DNA of 63,191 bases, filler included, from Reclinomonas americana ATCC 50394 (lineage: Eukaryota): the NCBI GenBank assembly GCA_048213135.1. It is 11 parts of 4 records of this genome, joined end to end, with 100 filler letters (N's around TTAATTAATTAA, not from the genome) between each part and the next. Parts side by side here need not be neighbours in the genome. Positions count along the whole stretch, not along the records: positions 23,504 to 43,907 come from PS015665.1; positions 44,008 to 46,836 come from PS015665.1; positions 46,937 to 51,513 come from PS015665.1; positions 51,614 to 56,465 come from PS015666.1; 7 more parts are not named here. The stretch is one strand, 5' to 3'. The notes beneath the pieces were generated by a model. It ran no database searches and was not told the DNA's origin. It saw only the letters and a program-made list of their open reading frames with translations. Position 1 is the first letter of the stretch, and the number at the start of each line of letters is the position of its first letter. Of this stretch, positions 41,001 through 53,600 are shown one piece after another. Both the position numbers and the translations under genes were made by a program.

Positions 41001-42723
41001 ACTGCGGCTGAACAGGGCACGTATTCGACCGTCACTCGTGCCGGTGATTGTCGTGGCGAACAAGTATGATCAGTTCAAGACGCGAGATAATCCGTGCGTA
41101 TTGAGGGGGGGGGATGGGGGGGAAAGAGATGCAGAGAGGAACAAGCAGGCACAGTCGATGCTGCATTTACCCGTTTTCTTGTCTTCGACTCTCTGTTATA
41201 GGTCGCTTAGCTGGCAGAGAGTTGCTTATCATCTCCTATGGCTTTGCCTCTACTTCCCCGTTTGACGTATATCGACTGTCACGACGATTCACGATAATTC
41301 TGTGTTTCTCCTCTCTCCATGCTTCTTTTCTCGTTTCCTTGCCTTCAACGCTCTGTAACGCACTCGCTTGGTTGGGACACTGTTGCTCGTCGTCTCCTGT
41401 TCTCGTTCCCCCATTTGACGTTCCCTTTCCCCTGTCCTCTATTCTGATTTTCCCGTTTGTTTGCCTTCGACTTTTGTACACGCTCGCTCGGTTGGAAGAA
41501 CGCTGCTCTTCCCTGTTTGATGTTCTGCCTGTCCCCTCCCCTGTGTTCTGATTTCCTGATTGTTTGCCTTCGACTGTTCGTTCGCGCTTGCGTGGTTGGA
41601 CGGTCGATGTTCGTCGTTTCCTACGCTTCTTACTTAGTTTGCACCGTTGATAAGGATGCTTGCTATCGCTCTTGTCTTGTTTCTGTTTTTTCTTTTTTTG
41701 GCGTCTCCTCAATTATTCCTTTCTCGTTTCCATGCCGCCGACTCTTTGTGCACACTTGCCTGGCTGGGGGAAAGTTGTTCTTCGTCTCCTGTGCTTCGTC
41801 CTTGCCTCCCCCGTTGATATAGATGCACTTGTCGCCTCCTGCCACCTCCCCCCTTCTCCCTCCCCCTTCCCTCCACTCACCTTTCCCCTTCTTTCTCCCT
41901 CTCGCCTCCAGCGACGAACACCAAATCCTCGGCCGTGCCCTCCGCTACGCATGTCACTACTTTGGCGCCGCTCTGTGCACCACCGATGTCACCGATTCGT
42001 TGACCATGGCTGCGGTGCGGCGATCCCTTCTTCTGCCAAATTCCCCCCTAGTTGCTCACGCCTTGCTTTCCCGTCGGCAGTACCGGAAACTCATGTCGCG
42101 CTACGTTTTCGACGTCTCAAGCCGAGACTCGACACACGCCGATCCGCGCAAGCCCATGTTTATTCCGATTGGTGCATACTCCTTGTCCCTGCCACCTTCC
42201 CTTCCCGTGCGACTCCACTCACGATCTCCTCCACACAGGATGCGATTCGGTGGCCGACATTGGCGCCGTGCCGGCACCCGACGAGGAGGAACTGAACTGG
42301 TGCGTTTTGGCGAAGCGAAATCGTTCCGTGTGCACTCGCTCATTGACTTCGTGTTTTGTCCACCAGGCTTCGGCGGCATCCCGATCAGAAGGAGGACAAG
42401 ACGGAGGATGACGATCTGAACGGGTGGTGCCAGATCTTTGTCGTCGTGTTCCCCAAGTCGATCAAGAAGAAGGGTTTGTCTCTTTTCCGCTCAATGCTCT
42501 TCTTGATTTCCGTCATAACCATTCCGCAGGCGACAAGCAAGGTGCCGGCTCATCATCCGCATCGGCTGCCGCCTCCGACACGCACTGGATGGACACGGTG
42601 GACGACGGCGGCACATTCTTCGTGGAGAGTCCCGATTACTCGGAACCCATTATCGACTCGGTGCGCTCACAAAAGGAGGTGGAACTCGATCGGTACCGCA
42701 TCCGACAGGGCGTCAGCAAGTGA
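38028..42723 (+). CDS. DYNC2LI1: Cytoplasmic dynein-2 light intermediate chain 1 (retrograde IFT)
   Basis: DLWALL N-terminus; P-loop VLVVGSRQAGKSTL/IDRF; PTNGLKYT|YGR; GHFWEIG|GG; VIVLDLSQP; VPVIVVANKYDQF; RALRYACHYFGAAL; KPMFIPIG|CDS; YSEPIIDSVRSQKEVELDRYR*. Confidence 0.92.
40260..40533 (+). repeat. Intronic tandem repeat of (GTC)n-GCTGTGCT-(CCT)n units
   Basis: Directly visible in the DYNC2LI1 intron 40187-40575. Confidence 0.92.
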
Positions 42724-42835
42724 GACGGCAATCGTCCACGGGAGACCATGTGAATACCAGCGGTACTTTTCTCATCATTCGCATTCTATACACTTGTCAC
42801 GCCCACCCGCGCCTCGGGTGGATTCATGAAATCAT

Positions 42836-44675
42836 TCAGTCACCCCGCACGCGCACGCGGCGGCCATTGGACACACGCTCCAAGATCGTGGCCTCGCACA
42901 ACAGGTCGACATTGTCAGCCCCGAAGCGCTGTAGCACATGAAATTATTAAGAAAAAAGGGAGAAGCAAACTCTCTTCCTCCTTTTCGCCACTCACCGCCT
43001 GCACCGGCTCCACCAGCTCGCCCTCCTCACACTCCCACTCCTCCATGGCCACTCGCAACAACGCCTCCGCCCGCTCACCACCGAGAGCACGAGCCACCCG
43101 CATGGCGTTCTCGCGCGCAGGATCGAGCATGTGCTCCTGCACCTGGCGCACTTGATGCTCGACGGCCTCCACACGCCGACGAGCCGCCTCCACACGCTGT
43201 CGTTCTCGTTGCTCGCGGACGCGTTGCCAGCCTTCAATGTCGGCTGGGAAGTGGGCGTCCATCTGCGGAGAGGGAGAGGGAGAGGGGAGAGGGAGAGAGA
43301 GAGAGAGAGGAAAAGAGGTTATCGAAAGGGTGATCTCCACGGGAATTTTCTTGGCTCTCTCTTCACCAGTCCACTCGTGCTGCTGTTCCATCTCATCCCT
43401 ACTCAAGCTCTTCTCTTCCTTCCAAAGTTCTACTCACTTGTCCACTCATACTCGTCTACCGCATTGTCACGTTTCCCCGTCACGTCCAACCTCTGTCTCT
43501 GTTCTCCATATTCCTTTTGTCGCCTCCTTTCTCCGCTCACAGCTTCCTTTCCTTTCTCTGTTCTCCTCCTCCTTACCGTTTCTCATCCTCTCCTCTTGCC
43601 TCCCACCTGTCCATTCATGCTTCTCCCGCCAATCTCACAGCTCGCTCTCCTTCCAACCACCAACACAAGGAAAATGACCCATGAAGATGAACCATTCACA
43701 CCGCTCTCAGCTCTCATCTCAGCACCTCCTCAGCATGCAGATATACTCCTGCTGCCTCTTCTATCTGTCTCTCATGCATGCTTGCTTATTGTGCTCTTCA
43801 GCTTCTCGTCTTCCTCTGCATCTGCAAAGCATCAATAGCTCCCTCCCTCTTCGACTTGTCCAATCATGCTTTTCCTGCCAATCTCACAACTTCCTTCCCT
43901 CTTGCAANNNNNNNNNNNNNNNNNNNNNNNNNNNNNNNNNNNNNNNNNNNNTTAATTAATTAANNNNNNNNNNNNNNNNNNNNNNNNNNNNNNNNNNNNN
44001 NNNNNNNTTCCTTCTCCCCCCTCCCCTTCCCTTCCCCTCCCCCTCCCCTCCCCTATATCGCACCTCCTCTCGCATGGCCTGTCGCACCCTCCTCGCCCTC
44101 TCCAACACCTCCGTCGCCTCACCCTCACTCGCCTCCCTCCGCCGCTTCCTCTCCGCCCTTCGCTGCTCCACCTCCTGCGAGTGCCTCTCGATCTCCTCCC
44201 GCAGCACCGCCAACGCCGATCGCGCCACCTGCGCACCTCGCCGCACCTCCTGCTCATGCGCCTCCATCAACGCCAATCGCGAGCGCATCGCCTGCTCATC
44301 GCTGCCGCCACCAACAACAACGGCAGAGACAGTCGCCGCCGGCTCGCGTTCCAGCAGCCTCGCGCAATGCCGATCAATGGCCTCGCGCAACGCCGCCCGC
44401 CGCTCCTGCGCATCGCACACTGCCAGCGCCAATCGATCGTCCTCTTCCTCCTCTGTCTCCTCGCGCGCCTCGCAGTCAGGCACTGCAAGGCGATCGATGC
44501 GTCGAGCGAGCCACGTGGCGGCCTCCTCGCGTCGCACCGCCCACTCGCGCGCGCTCATCACCGAGTCGTCGCCAGCAACTGTTCGCGCGCGATTCTGCGC
44601 GCATTGTGCGGCGGCATTGTGCAGCGCGATCGAGGAGCGATCCAGTACATTGATCGCCGGCAACAGGCGCAACAT
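42836..44675 (-). CDS. Coiled-coil protein, possible centromere protein K (CENP-K) homolog; 3 exons
   Basis: ATG 44675; the spliced product reads ...QAMREE|MDAHFP...VQA|RFGADNVDLLCEATILERVSNGRRVRVRGD*. This resembles the CENP-K motifs FLEDHFP and YVELLLRNGIALRHP.D..RIRL. The gene model is firm; the identity is tentative. Confidence 0.5.
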
Positions 44676-44755
44676 CGCGAAGAAAAGAGATGGGAAGAGT
44701 GCGCGCGAAAATAAAATCGATCGGATGAACGGCCACTATTGAACGGTCTCATCAC
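44676..44755. promoter_or_regulatory. Putative bidirectional promoter (80 bp) containing an E2F-like GCGCGAAA site
   Basis: Divergent ATGs at 44675 (-) and 44756 (+); GCGCGCGAAAA at 44701-44711. Confidence 0.5.
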
Positions 44756-47570
44756 ATGTCTGACAAGCGCAAACGTGGCTCTGAGCTGGTTCGTCTCTCT
44801 TAGCACACACACAGGCACACCATACACACATACACACACACACTCTCTCTCTCGCTCTCTCACACGCACACTCCCCACTTCATAATCGTTCACTCATGAC
44901 ACTCTCTCCTTCTCCCTCCCTTCCTTCTGCCTCTCCTTCTCCCCCCCTCTCAGTACAAGCGATTCAAGGCGCGCCAAGAAGGCGGCGACTCCAACGTCAC
45001 CGACGACTCACAGCTATCGACGACTGCCAATGACTCATCTGCGGCTCACCTCCAGCAGTCGCCCTCGCCTTTGCCTGCTCCCTCGTCTGCTTCTTCCGTT
45101 GTGTCGCCACTTCCGCCACCAGCGATTTCGTTGACACATGGCACGCCGGAGAAACAATCGTCGCGCCTGCTACCCACTGATCATGGAGGAGGAGAGAGAG
45201 GCGGAGGCGAGATTGGTGTGTCGGGTGCGTTGGTCGACGACGAGGTGCTGCTGGTCGATCAGTCGACGATTTTGCAGGATGTGTCGGCGGCCGTGTCGAG
45301 AATCGATGATGACGATGATGATGATGACGAGGGTGGTATTGCGCGGATGAGAGCGCGTGATAGTGAGGTGAGACGCATGTGCGCGTTGCGGAGGCACGGT
45401 TTTGTGTTGACTCTCGGGAGTGGCAGCGATCGCCTGCGGGGGCCTCGGTGTCGCAGGCGCTGCTGGAGCAGGAGCAGCAGGCGCGGCAGGCGGCCGAGGC
45501 GCAGAATGTGACGCTGCGCAGTCGTGTGAGAGAGCTGGAGACGCAGGTAAGTGGGCAACGAGAGAAAAGGGCGATTCTTGTGCTGCATTTTTGTTCACAC
45601 GTTTCGGCGCAGTGCACGGCGCTGCGTGAGGAGAGCGAGGATCGACATCGGAGTGAGGCGGCGCTGGCGCTGAAGAACCGCGAGGCGCAGCGCGAGTTGC
45701 AGGTCCGTCTCTCTGGTGAATCCATGTGTTGATTCACACTGTGGACTCACTGGGCGTGCTTGCAGGAGAGTCGAAAGCAGGTGCACGACGCACAAGAGCA
45801 CCGTGAACGAGTGGAGAAGGAGGTTGGCCTCCGTTGCATGCAGCGTGACATGTGGATCGTTCCTCACACCTTCTCTATTATCCGACTGCAGCTGGCTTCT
45901 GTTCAAGAGCGCGTGCAGAAAGCCGAGAGTGTGCTGGCGGTTACTGTTGGCGAGGTAGACGGTGGTGTGAGAGCCCTTTGTCTTTCATGATTTGCCAGCT
46001 GACTGCTGTCGCGCCCAGTTGGAGCGGAGCACGACGCAGCGAGCGGCGTTGGAGGAGCAAGCGAGGCAGCATGCCGAGGTGCGTGGAGGCTTGCTTGCTT
46101 GCGTGATCTTTGTTTCGATAATTTACGCTGTGTGTGCGGCAGCTTGATGTCGCGCGGCAAAAGAGACTCGCCGATTTGGAAAACGCATTGGAGGAGGTCG
46201 GTCACGTGACTCCTGCTCACGTTGGTCTCTCTCCCTTTCTCACTTTCCCGCGTTTTCTTGGTCGTCCTTGCAATCTGTCTCTTTGTCTCTCTCCTTGTCG
46301 GCGTTGATGTGCCTCGCTCCTTCTCTGTCTTCCTTTATTTCTCGGGCTCACTCCATTTTGTGTCGTTCTAGCTTTGTGTCGCTCCGTCTTGGCTTCACTC
46401 CGTCTCGGTGTCGCTCCTTCTCGGTCTTCCATTACCTCTCGGTCTTACTCCTTTCTGTCGCGCTCCATCTCTCCCCTTCTCGGTCGCGCTCCGTATTGGT
46501 TTCGTTTTGTCTCGGTCTTGCTCCGTCTCAGTGGCACTCCGTCTCGGTCTCGCTCCGTCTCGTCTCGCTCCGTCTCGGTCTCTCTCTGTCTCAGTCTCAC
46601 TCCATTCTGTCGCGCTCCGTCTCGGTCTCGCTCCATCTCGCTCCATCTCGGTCGCGCTCCTTCTCAGTCTCGCTCCGTCTCGGTCTCGCTCCGTCTCGGT
46701 CTCGCTCCGTCTCGGTCTCGCTCCGTCTCGGTCTCGCTCCGTCTCGGTCTCGCTCCGTCTCGGTCTCGCTCCGTCTCGGTCTCGCTCCGTCTCGGTCTCG
46801 CTCCGTCTCGGTCTCGCTCCGTCTCGGTCTCGCTCCNNNNNNNNNNNNNNNNNNNNNNNNNNNNNNNNNNNNNNNNNNNNTTAATTAATTAANNNNNNNN
46901 NNNNNNNNNNNNNNNNNNNNNNNNNNNNNNNNNNNNCCGTCTCGGTCTCGCTCCGACTCTGTCTTTCTCTCTTCTCTCATTCCCCGTCTCTTCCTCCTCC
47001 CCCCCTCCTCTCTCCCTCTCCCTCACTCTCTTTCTCTCTGTGCCTTTATACTGCGCTCACATCGCACTGCATGCAGGCCAAGAAGCGCGAACAGGATTTG
47101 AGTCGAGAGGTTTGCTGGATCAAGTGTGAATCACCAAGTTATGCACGTCTTTCACAGCGCGAACGTCACAGCTCGACACGCTGCGTCAGCGCACAAGCGA
47201 GGAGACGGGTGTGGCGCAGAGCAAGGAGACCGAGGTTTGGGAACACTCGTCTTTCATTGCAATGGGCAGTGCCCTCCACTGACTATCATCCACTGTGTTG
47301 CTGTTCAACAGCTCGCACAAATGCGCAGCCAGTGCGCGGAATTGGGGTCGGCCAAGAGCAAGCTGGAGGCCAAGGTCGCTCGGCGTGCTAACTGTTGCTG
47401 TGCTCTGTGTGGGAAAAAGCTGATCGATTGCCGTGTGCGATGTAGATTGCCGAGCACGTGGCGTCAACTCGACAGCTGGATGCTGTGGTGCAGACACTGG
47501 AGCAGGAGGTTGGTGGGGAGAGGGAGAGATGGAAGTGGAAGAGGGAGAGGAGAGGAGAGGAGAGGAGAGG

Positions 47571-47613
<43 letters not shown>

Positions 47614-50600
47614 NNNNNNNNNNNNNNNNNNNNNNNNNNNNNNNNNNNNNNNNNNNNNNNNNNNNNNNNNNNNNNNNNNNNNNNNNNNNNNNNNNNNNNN
47701 NNNNNNNNNNNNNNNNNNNNNNNNNNNNNNNNNNNNNNNNNNNNNNNNNNNNNNNNNNNNNNNNNNNNNNNNNNNNNNNNNNNNNNNNNNNNNNNNNNNN
47801 NNNNNNNNNNNNNNNNNNNNNNNNNNNNNNNNNNNNNNNNNNNNNNNNNNNNNNNNNNNNNNNNNNNNNNNNNNNNNNNNNNNNNNNNNNNNNNNNNNNN
47901 NNNNNNNNNNNNAGAGGAAGAGGAAGAGGAAGAGAAGAAAGAGGAAGAAGAAAGAAGTAGTAATTGAGACAACGTGGTTCTTGCGCACGTCAATCGCGAG
48001 CTATACGAAGAAGTTACCGCAATCTACTGAGGCGCGCACTGACATTGAGCGAATTACACTCGTCCTTCCTAACCTCTCCCTCTTCGTCTCGCTCTCCTTC
48101 TCCCTCTCCTTTTCCCTCTCCTTCTCCCTTTCTCCTTCTTTGTTTCTCCTTCTCTCCCTCTCCGTTTCTCCTTCTCCCTCTTCCTCGTCTCCTTGTTCTC
48201 GTCCGCATCACTGTTTCCTCATTGTCTCTTCTATTTCTCTCTCATTTTCCCTTCCGGTTCCTCTTTAATCTCCCCCCTCCCTTGCTCTTACTCCTTTCGT
48301 GTCATTTCCCTCTTCCTCCTCCTCCTTTCTCCTTCCTCGCTCTTCCTTCGCCTCTCCCGTCATCTCACATCCTCCACTCTCTCGTTACTTGGCGTCCGAT
48401 TGCTAACTCGCTTGCGCTCCTTGTATTGCAGTTGCATCAACTGCGCAGCGAGGTGAATCCGACTTGTAGCTTTTTTTGTCAAACTGTCATTACCACACTC
48501 ACCTTGAGAGACTCTGCCGTTCATCTCTCGCCAGGCGGCCAACAGTCTTGCCATGCAAGAAGCACACGACACCGAGGTGAGATGATTTCGCGATTGCAGT
48601 CAAGCTCTTCGTTTCGAGCTGTCGCGTGACCACTTGCTGGGCAGGTGGCCGAGCTGGAGAGTCAGCTGGCGGCCTTGCAAGCGCAGTTGGAGGTGTGATG
48701 TGCGTTGTGTGCTTCGTGATGTGCGTGTTGCTCATCGCTCGTTTCCGTATAGCGCGCCAAGGCAAGCGGCGAGAGCGAATCGGTACGTTCTTATGAATCG
48801 CATTGTCGTTCAGAACCTGCTAAATTGACTTGACTGTTTCGTGCGAGCAGTCGACAAAGGCGCAGCTCGATCGCGTATCCGGAGAGGCACGTCCTGAATT
48901 GATTTCGCTTCTTCGTAATTACAGATGACTCACTTGATGCGCACAGCTGACTGTGCTGGCTGCCGAGAAGGGCAAACTGGAAGACGAAGTGCAGCGATTG
49001 GGTGCCGAGGTACAGTCTCACTTCTTGATATATTTTCTTTCTCGGCAACTGGCTCACCGTGGGGAGTGGCAGCTGGCGAGCTCACGTTCCGCACACGAAG
49101 TGCGAGTGAAGCAGCTGGAGAACGAGGTGTGACTTTTCATGTAATGTCTTGTCGTAGCAGCTTCTTCTGACTGCTATTCTCCGCTCGCCACAGCTGTCCG
49201 AGTCGCAGGAGAAGAACACGGAGATGATTCAGTTGATTGCCGGTCTCCAAATCGAGGTCTGTTTCTGCTCTTCGTTCGTTTGCATGAGTACGTGCATCTC
49301 AACATCAGCCTTGCAGGTGGCCAATGAGCGTGCAGCACAAAATCAGACGGGTGGCCACTTGCAGGAGCAGGAGGCCGAGGTTTGTTGCTGGATTGAGTGG
49401 ATGCCGATCATTATGATGTGGTTCTCACCGTGCTCGTTTGGATGGCGTAGCTGGAGGCACTGCGAGAGGAGAACGAGACGCTGGTTGGCGAAATGCAGGA
49501 CGCGCTGGCACAGGTTCTTTTGGTGGTCGTTGATTGAGCTCCCTGCGTCAACTGCGGCTCACGCGCACTTGTTCTTCTGATGCAGCTCGACGCGATTGCT
49601 CGCGCGCACGAGAAAGAGAGTGCCGAGCTGCAGACTGCTGTCAACCATCTGCGTGAAGAGGTCTGTCTTGCTCACTCTCTTGTTGTTGTCTTTTGACACC
49701 CTTCTCTCACCTGATGGCGCCGCTGCTGCAGTTGGCCGACAAGGAGAAGCAAGTGGAACATGAGCGTCGTGAGGTGGGTGCTGTCGTGTTCATGTTTGGT
49801 ATTTGGCGTCGCTCATCGTCACTTCTGTCATGTGCACAGTCCAAATTATTGCACGAGAAGCTTGCAAACCTGGAGAAGTCGTCGCAACAAGCCGGGACGG
49901 CTGCGCAGCAGTGTGCCGCACTGCAAGGCGAATTGGATGCTCTCAAGAGGCAATCGGAGAGCAAAGTGCGCGAAATCGACGTCGCTTCTTGCTTCCCACA
50001 CGCTTTAGCGTCGTCTCACATGCGCTGCACAGCTGGTCGAAGCGGAGGAGAAGCAGGCAGAGCTGGAGGGCGAGGTGAGTGGCTGTCATTCTCTGCACAC
50101 TGGAATCACAATGTCTCTCACAGGCATCTCATTNNNNNNNNNNNNNNNNNNNNNNNNNNNNNNNNNNNNNNNNNNNNNNNNNNNNNNNNNNNNNNNNNNN
50201 NNNNNNNNNNNNNNNNNNNNNNNNNNNNNNNNNNNNNNNNNNNNNNNNNNNNNNNNNNNNNNNNNNNNNNNNNNNNNNNNNNNNNNNNNNNNNNNNNNNN
50301 NNNNNNNNNNNNNNNNNNNNNNNNNNNNNNNNNNNNNNNNNNNNNNNNNNNNNNNNNNNNNNNNNNNNNNNNNNNNNNNNNNNNNNNNNNNNNNNNNNNN
50401 NNNNNNNNNNNNNNNNNNNNNNNNNNNNNNNNNNNNNNNNNNNNNNNNNNNNNNNNNNNNNNNNNNNNNNNNNNNNNNNNNNNNNNNNNNNNNNNNNNNN
50501 NNNNNNNNNNNNNNNNNNNNNNNNNNNNNNNNNNNNNNNNNNNNNNNNNNNNNNNNNNNNNNNNNNNNNNNNNNNNNNNNNNNNNNNNNNNNNNNNNNNN

Positions 50601-53600
50601 NNNNNNNNNNNNNNNNNNNNNNNNNNNNNNNNNNNNNNNNNNNNNNNNNNNNNNNNNNNNNNNNNNNNNNNNNNNNNNNNNNNNNNNNNNNNNNNNNNNN
50701 NNNNNNNNNNNNNNNNNNNNNNNNNNNNNNNNNNNNNNNNNNNNNNNNNNNNNNNNNNNNNNNNNNNNNNNNNNNNNNNNNNNNNNNNNNNNNNNNNNNN
50801 NNNNNNNNNNNNNNNNNNNNNNNNNNNNNNNNNNNNNNNNNNNNNNNNNNNNNNNNNNNNNNNNNNNNNNNNNNNNNNNNNNNNNNNNNNNNNNNNNNNN
50901 NNNNNNNNNNNNNNNNNNNNNNNNNNNNNNNNNNNNNNNNNNNNNNNNNNNNNNNNNNNNNNNNNNNNNNNNNNNNNNNNNNNNNNNNNNNNNNNNNNNN
51001 NNNNNNNNNNNNNNNNNNNNNNNNNNNNNNNNNNNNNNNNNNNNNNNNNNNNNNNNNNNNNNNNNNNNNNNNNNNTGCGGCCAGCTGCAACAGAAAGTGA
51101 GTGAAATGCAACGCTATGAAAGTTCACCACTTTACCACGCACTTCGCCCTCCAGTTCCGCGGTCTTCTCCTCGGCGGCCGCCAACTGTGTCCACGTGAGA
51201 GGGCGTACAAGACATAAGTTACTGCGATTGTGCACGGAACCTCGTTCTGCAGCGATGAGCACTTGTCTTGCACAGAGGCCAACTGGAGGAAGAAGAGAGC
51301 TGCGATGAGCGCCGACCGCACACTTTGTTGTACGAAGAAACACGCACCTCGCCCTCCACTTCCGCGTGCTTCTCCTCCGATGCGTCCAACTACGAAAAAG
51401 CAAATTGAATGCGCTGTGCAATCTGGCAAATGCGTGCTGATACGCTTCGCGCACGTCAAACCTCGCTCTGCAGTGCCGCGCACTTGTCTTGCAGTGTGGC
51501 CAACTGTGCGATGNNNNNNNNNNNNNNNNNNNNNNNNNNNNNNNNNNNNNNNNNNNNTTAATTAATTAANNNNNNNNNNNNNNNNNNNNNNNNNNNNNNN
51601 NNNNNNNNNNNNNCGAAGAGGAAGAGGAAGAGGAAGAGGAAGAGGAAGAGGAAGAGGAAGAGGAAGAGGAAGAGGAAGAGCGAAGAGGAAGAGGAAGAGG
51701 AAGAGGAAGAGGAAGAGGAAGACGGGAACAAGCAGGTTACTGGCAGTGATGGCGGGATTATCATGCAGGGAAATGAGCAGAGAAAAATGTCAGAATATGA
51801 GGGAGTTGCCCCGTGACCTGCGTTCTCAGCAACTCACTCTTTCTCGTCTCTATGTGCAGTTGCGCTCTCAAGCAAAGCGCCTCACACACGACAAGGAACA
51901 AATGGAGTTGAGCATCAAGGAGAAGAGTGCGCTGTCGGAGGCAACCAACGGCAAGCTGGCTGACGCTCAGAGGCGGCTGGACGAGGCTCTCAAGGAGGTG
52001 GCAGTGCAGCGCAAAAAGGCAGAGCAGAGGTGTGTCCACGTATGTTGTCCAGCGCTGTCTTGCCTTTCCACTCACTGTGCATGGCAAAGTGTCAAACAAC
52101 GCGACACACTACAGCAGCAAGTCGAGCAACTGCAGCTGGCACAGGTGCAGGCTGGTGCCACTGTGGAGGAGAGGACTCTGGCACTGGAAAAGAAGTGGCA
52201 GGAGGCTGCAGCGACTGCGGACTCGCTGCGACGAGAGCGAGCCGAACTGGAGGATTGCACGGCTCAGTTGGTGCGTACGATTGTGCGTGCCGTGTGACGA
52301 AAAGTCAGGGGTCTTACTTGGATTGTCTCCTCGCGCAGGAGCGTCGCCTGGAGGAGACGGTAAGTTGTCTGTTGTTCACCCTGCTCATCCACATTGCATT
52401 CATTCCTCTCGTCGTGTATGCAGAACAACTCCACTGCTGCACGCATTGCTGAGTTGGAAAAGGCGCTCACTGTCGCCACGGATCAGGTGAGTGAGGGCGA
52501 CTCGCTTTCTGTTCGTGTCCCATCCCTCACATGAACGATTGCAGTTGTCAAGCGAGGCTTCCGCGCGCCAGCAATCGAGTGCACAGGCAGTTGCGCTTGC
52601 TGATGTGCCGACTCTTTGTGTGTGCGCACCCTAACGTGTGCCTTCTGTACAGGAATCTGCTGACAGCCAGCTGCGTGACATGCAAAGCGCGCTGGCGGAA
52701 GCCCTTCGTCAGCAGCAGCAAGCTGTTGAAGAGAGCGAGGAGAATGCTGGGCTCGCCGATCGACTCGAGCAAGAGGTATGTACAAGTGGTTGACGAAGGT
52801 GAATTCCGTTGCATTCGCTGATCGACTGTGCCTGCAGTTGCGAGCGCAGATTGAACGCATGTCTGGTCTGGAGTTGCAGCTCGTGGAACGTGATGCCGAA
52901 TTGACAACGGCTTCTGACTTGGTTCGTTTGTGCCGCTGATGAATTCCGCTGGTGGCTGACGCTGATCGGTGCTTGTAGATGGACGACCTGCGCGAACAAA
53001 TTCGAGAGCGCGAGCTGGAGATTGCCCGACTGTCATCGGGCAGCAACGAATCGGTGCGTTTGTTAGACAGAAAAGACTGGCTGGTTTCATTGACATCCAC
53101 CTCATATGTGTGCTGTGGCAGCAACTGGAGGTGCAGCAACTGCGCGCAGCAAAGGTGGCTGCAGAAGACGCGGTTTGTTTGTGGAATGATTGCAAAGATT
53201 GGCTTGTCTTTGCTCTTTCTTATGCTTTGTGTGACAGGGCCGGGAAGACAAGCAGCGCGTCGAGGCGGTCTTGCTGGAGGAGAAGGAGCGCCGAGGCAAG
53301 GCGGAGACCGATTTGCAGCAGGTGACGTCGCGATCCAATGCTTGTTGGTGTGTGATGAGTGCTCACTGTCCACGATGCAATCCAGATCATGTCGGAAAAG
53401 CTGCTGCTCCAGCAACAGGTTGGCGTTCCTCCTCACTATGTTTTTCATGAATGCTTGTCATCAGTCTCATTTATGGTGGGGTGTATGACGCAGCTGTGTG
53501 CCGCGGACGCCTTGTCGGAGTCGGAGGTGTGAAATTGATGCTGCATCAATCACCGTAGTTTGTGATGTCTCACTTTGCCGCTCGAGTGCAGAAATCAAGT

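Noticed and set aside
46540..46954. Regular repeats that might be taken for CRISPR arrays or SR-rich proteins (also 30632-30990, 40260-40533)
   Set aside because: Head-to-tail with no unique spacers, located in eukaryotic introns, and no cas genes.
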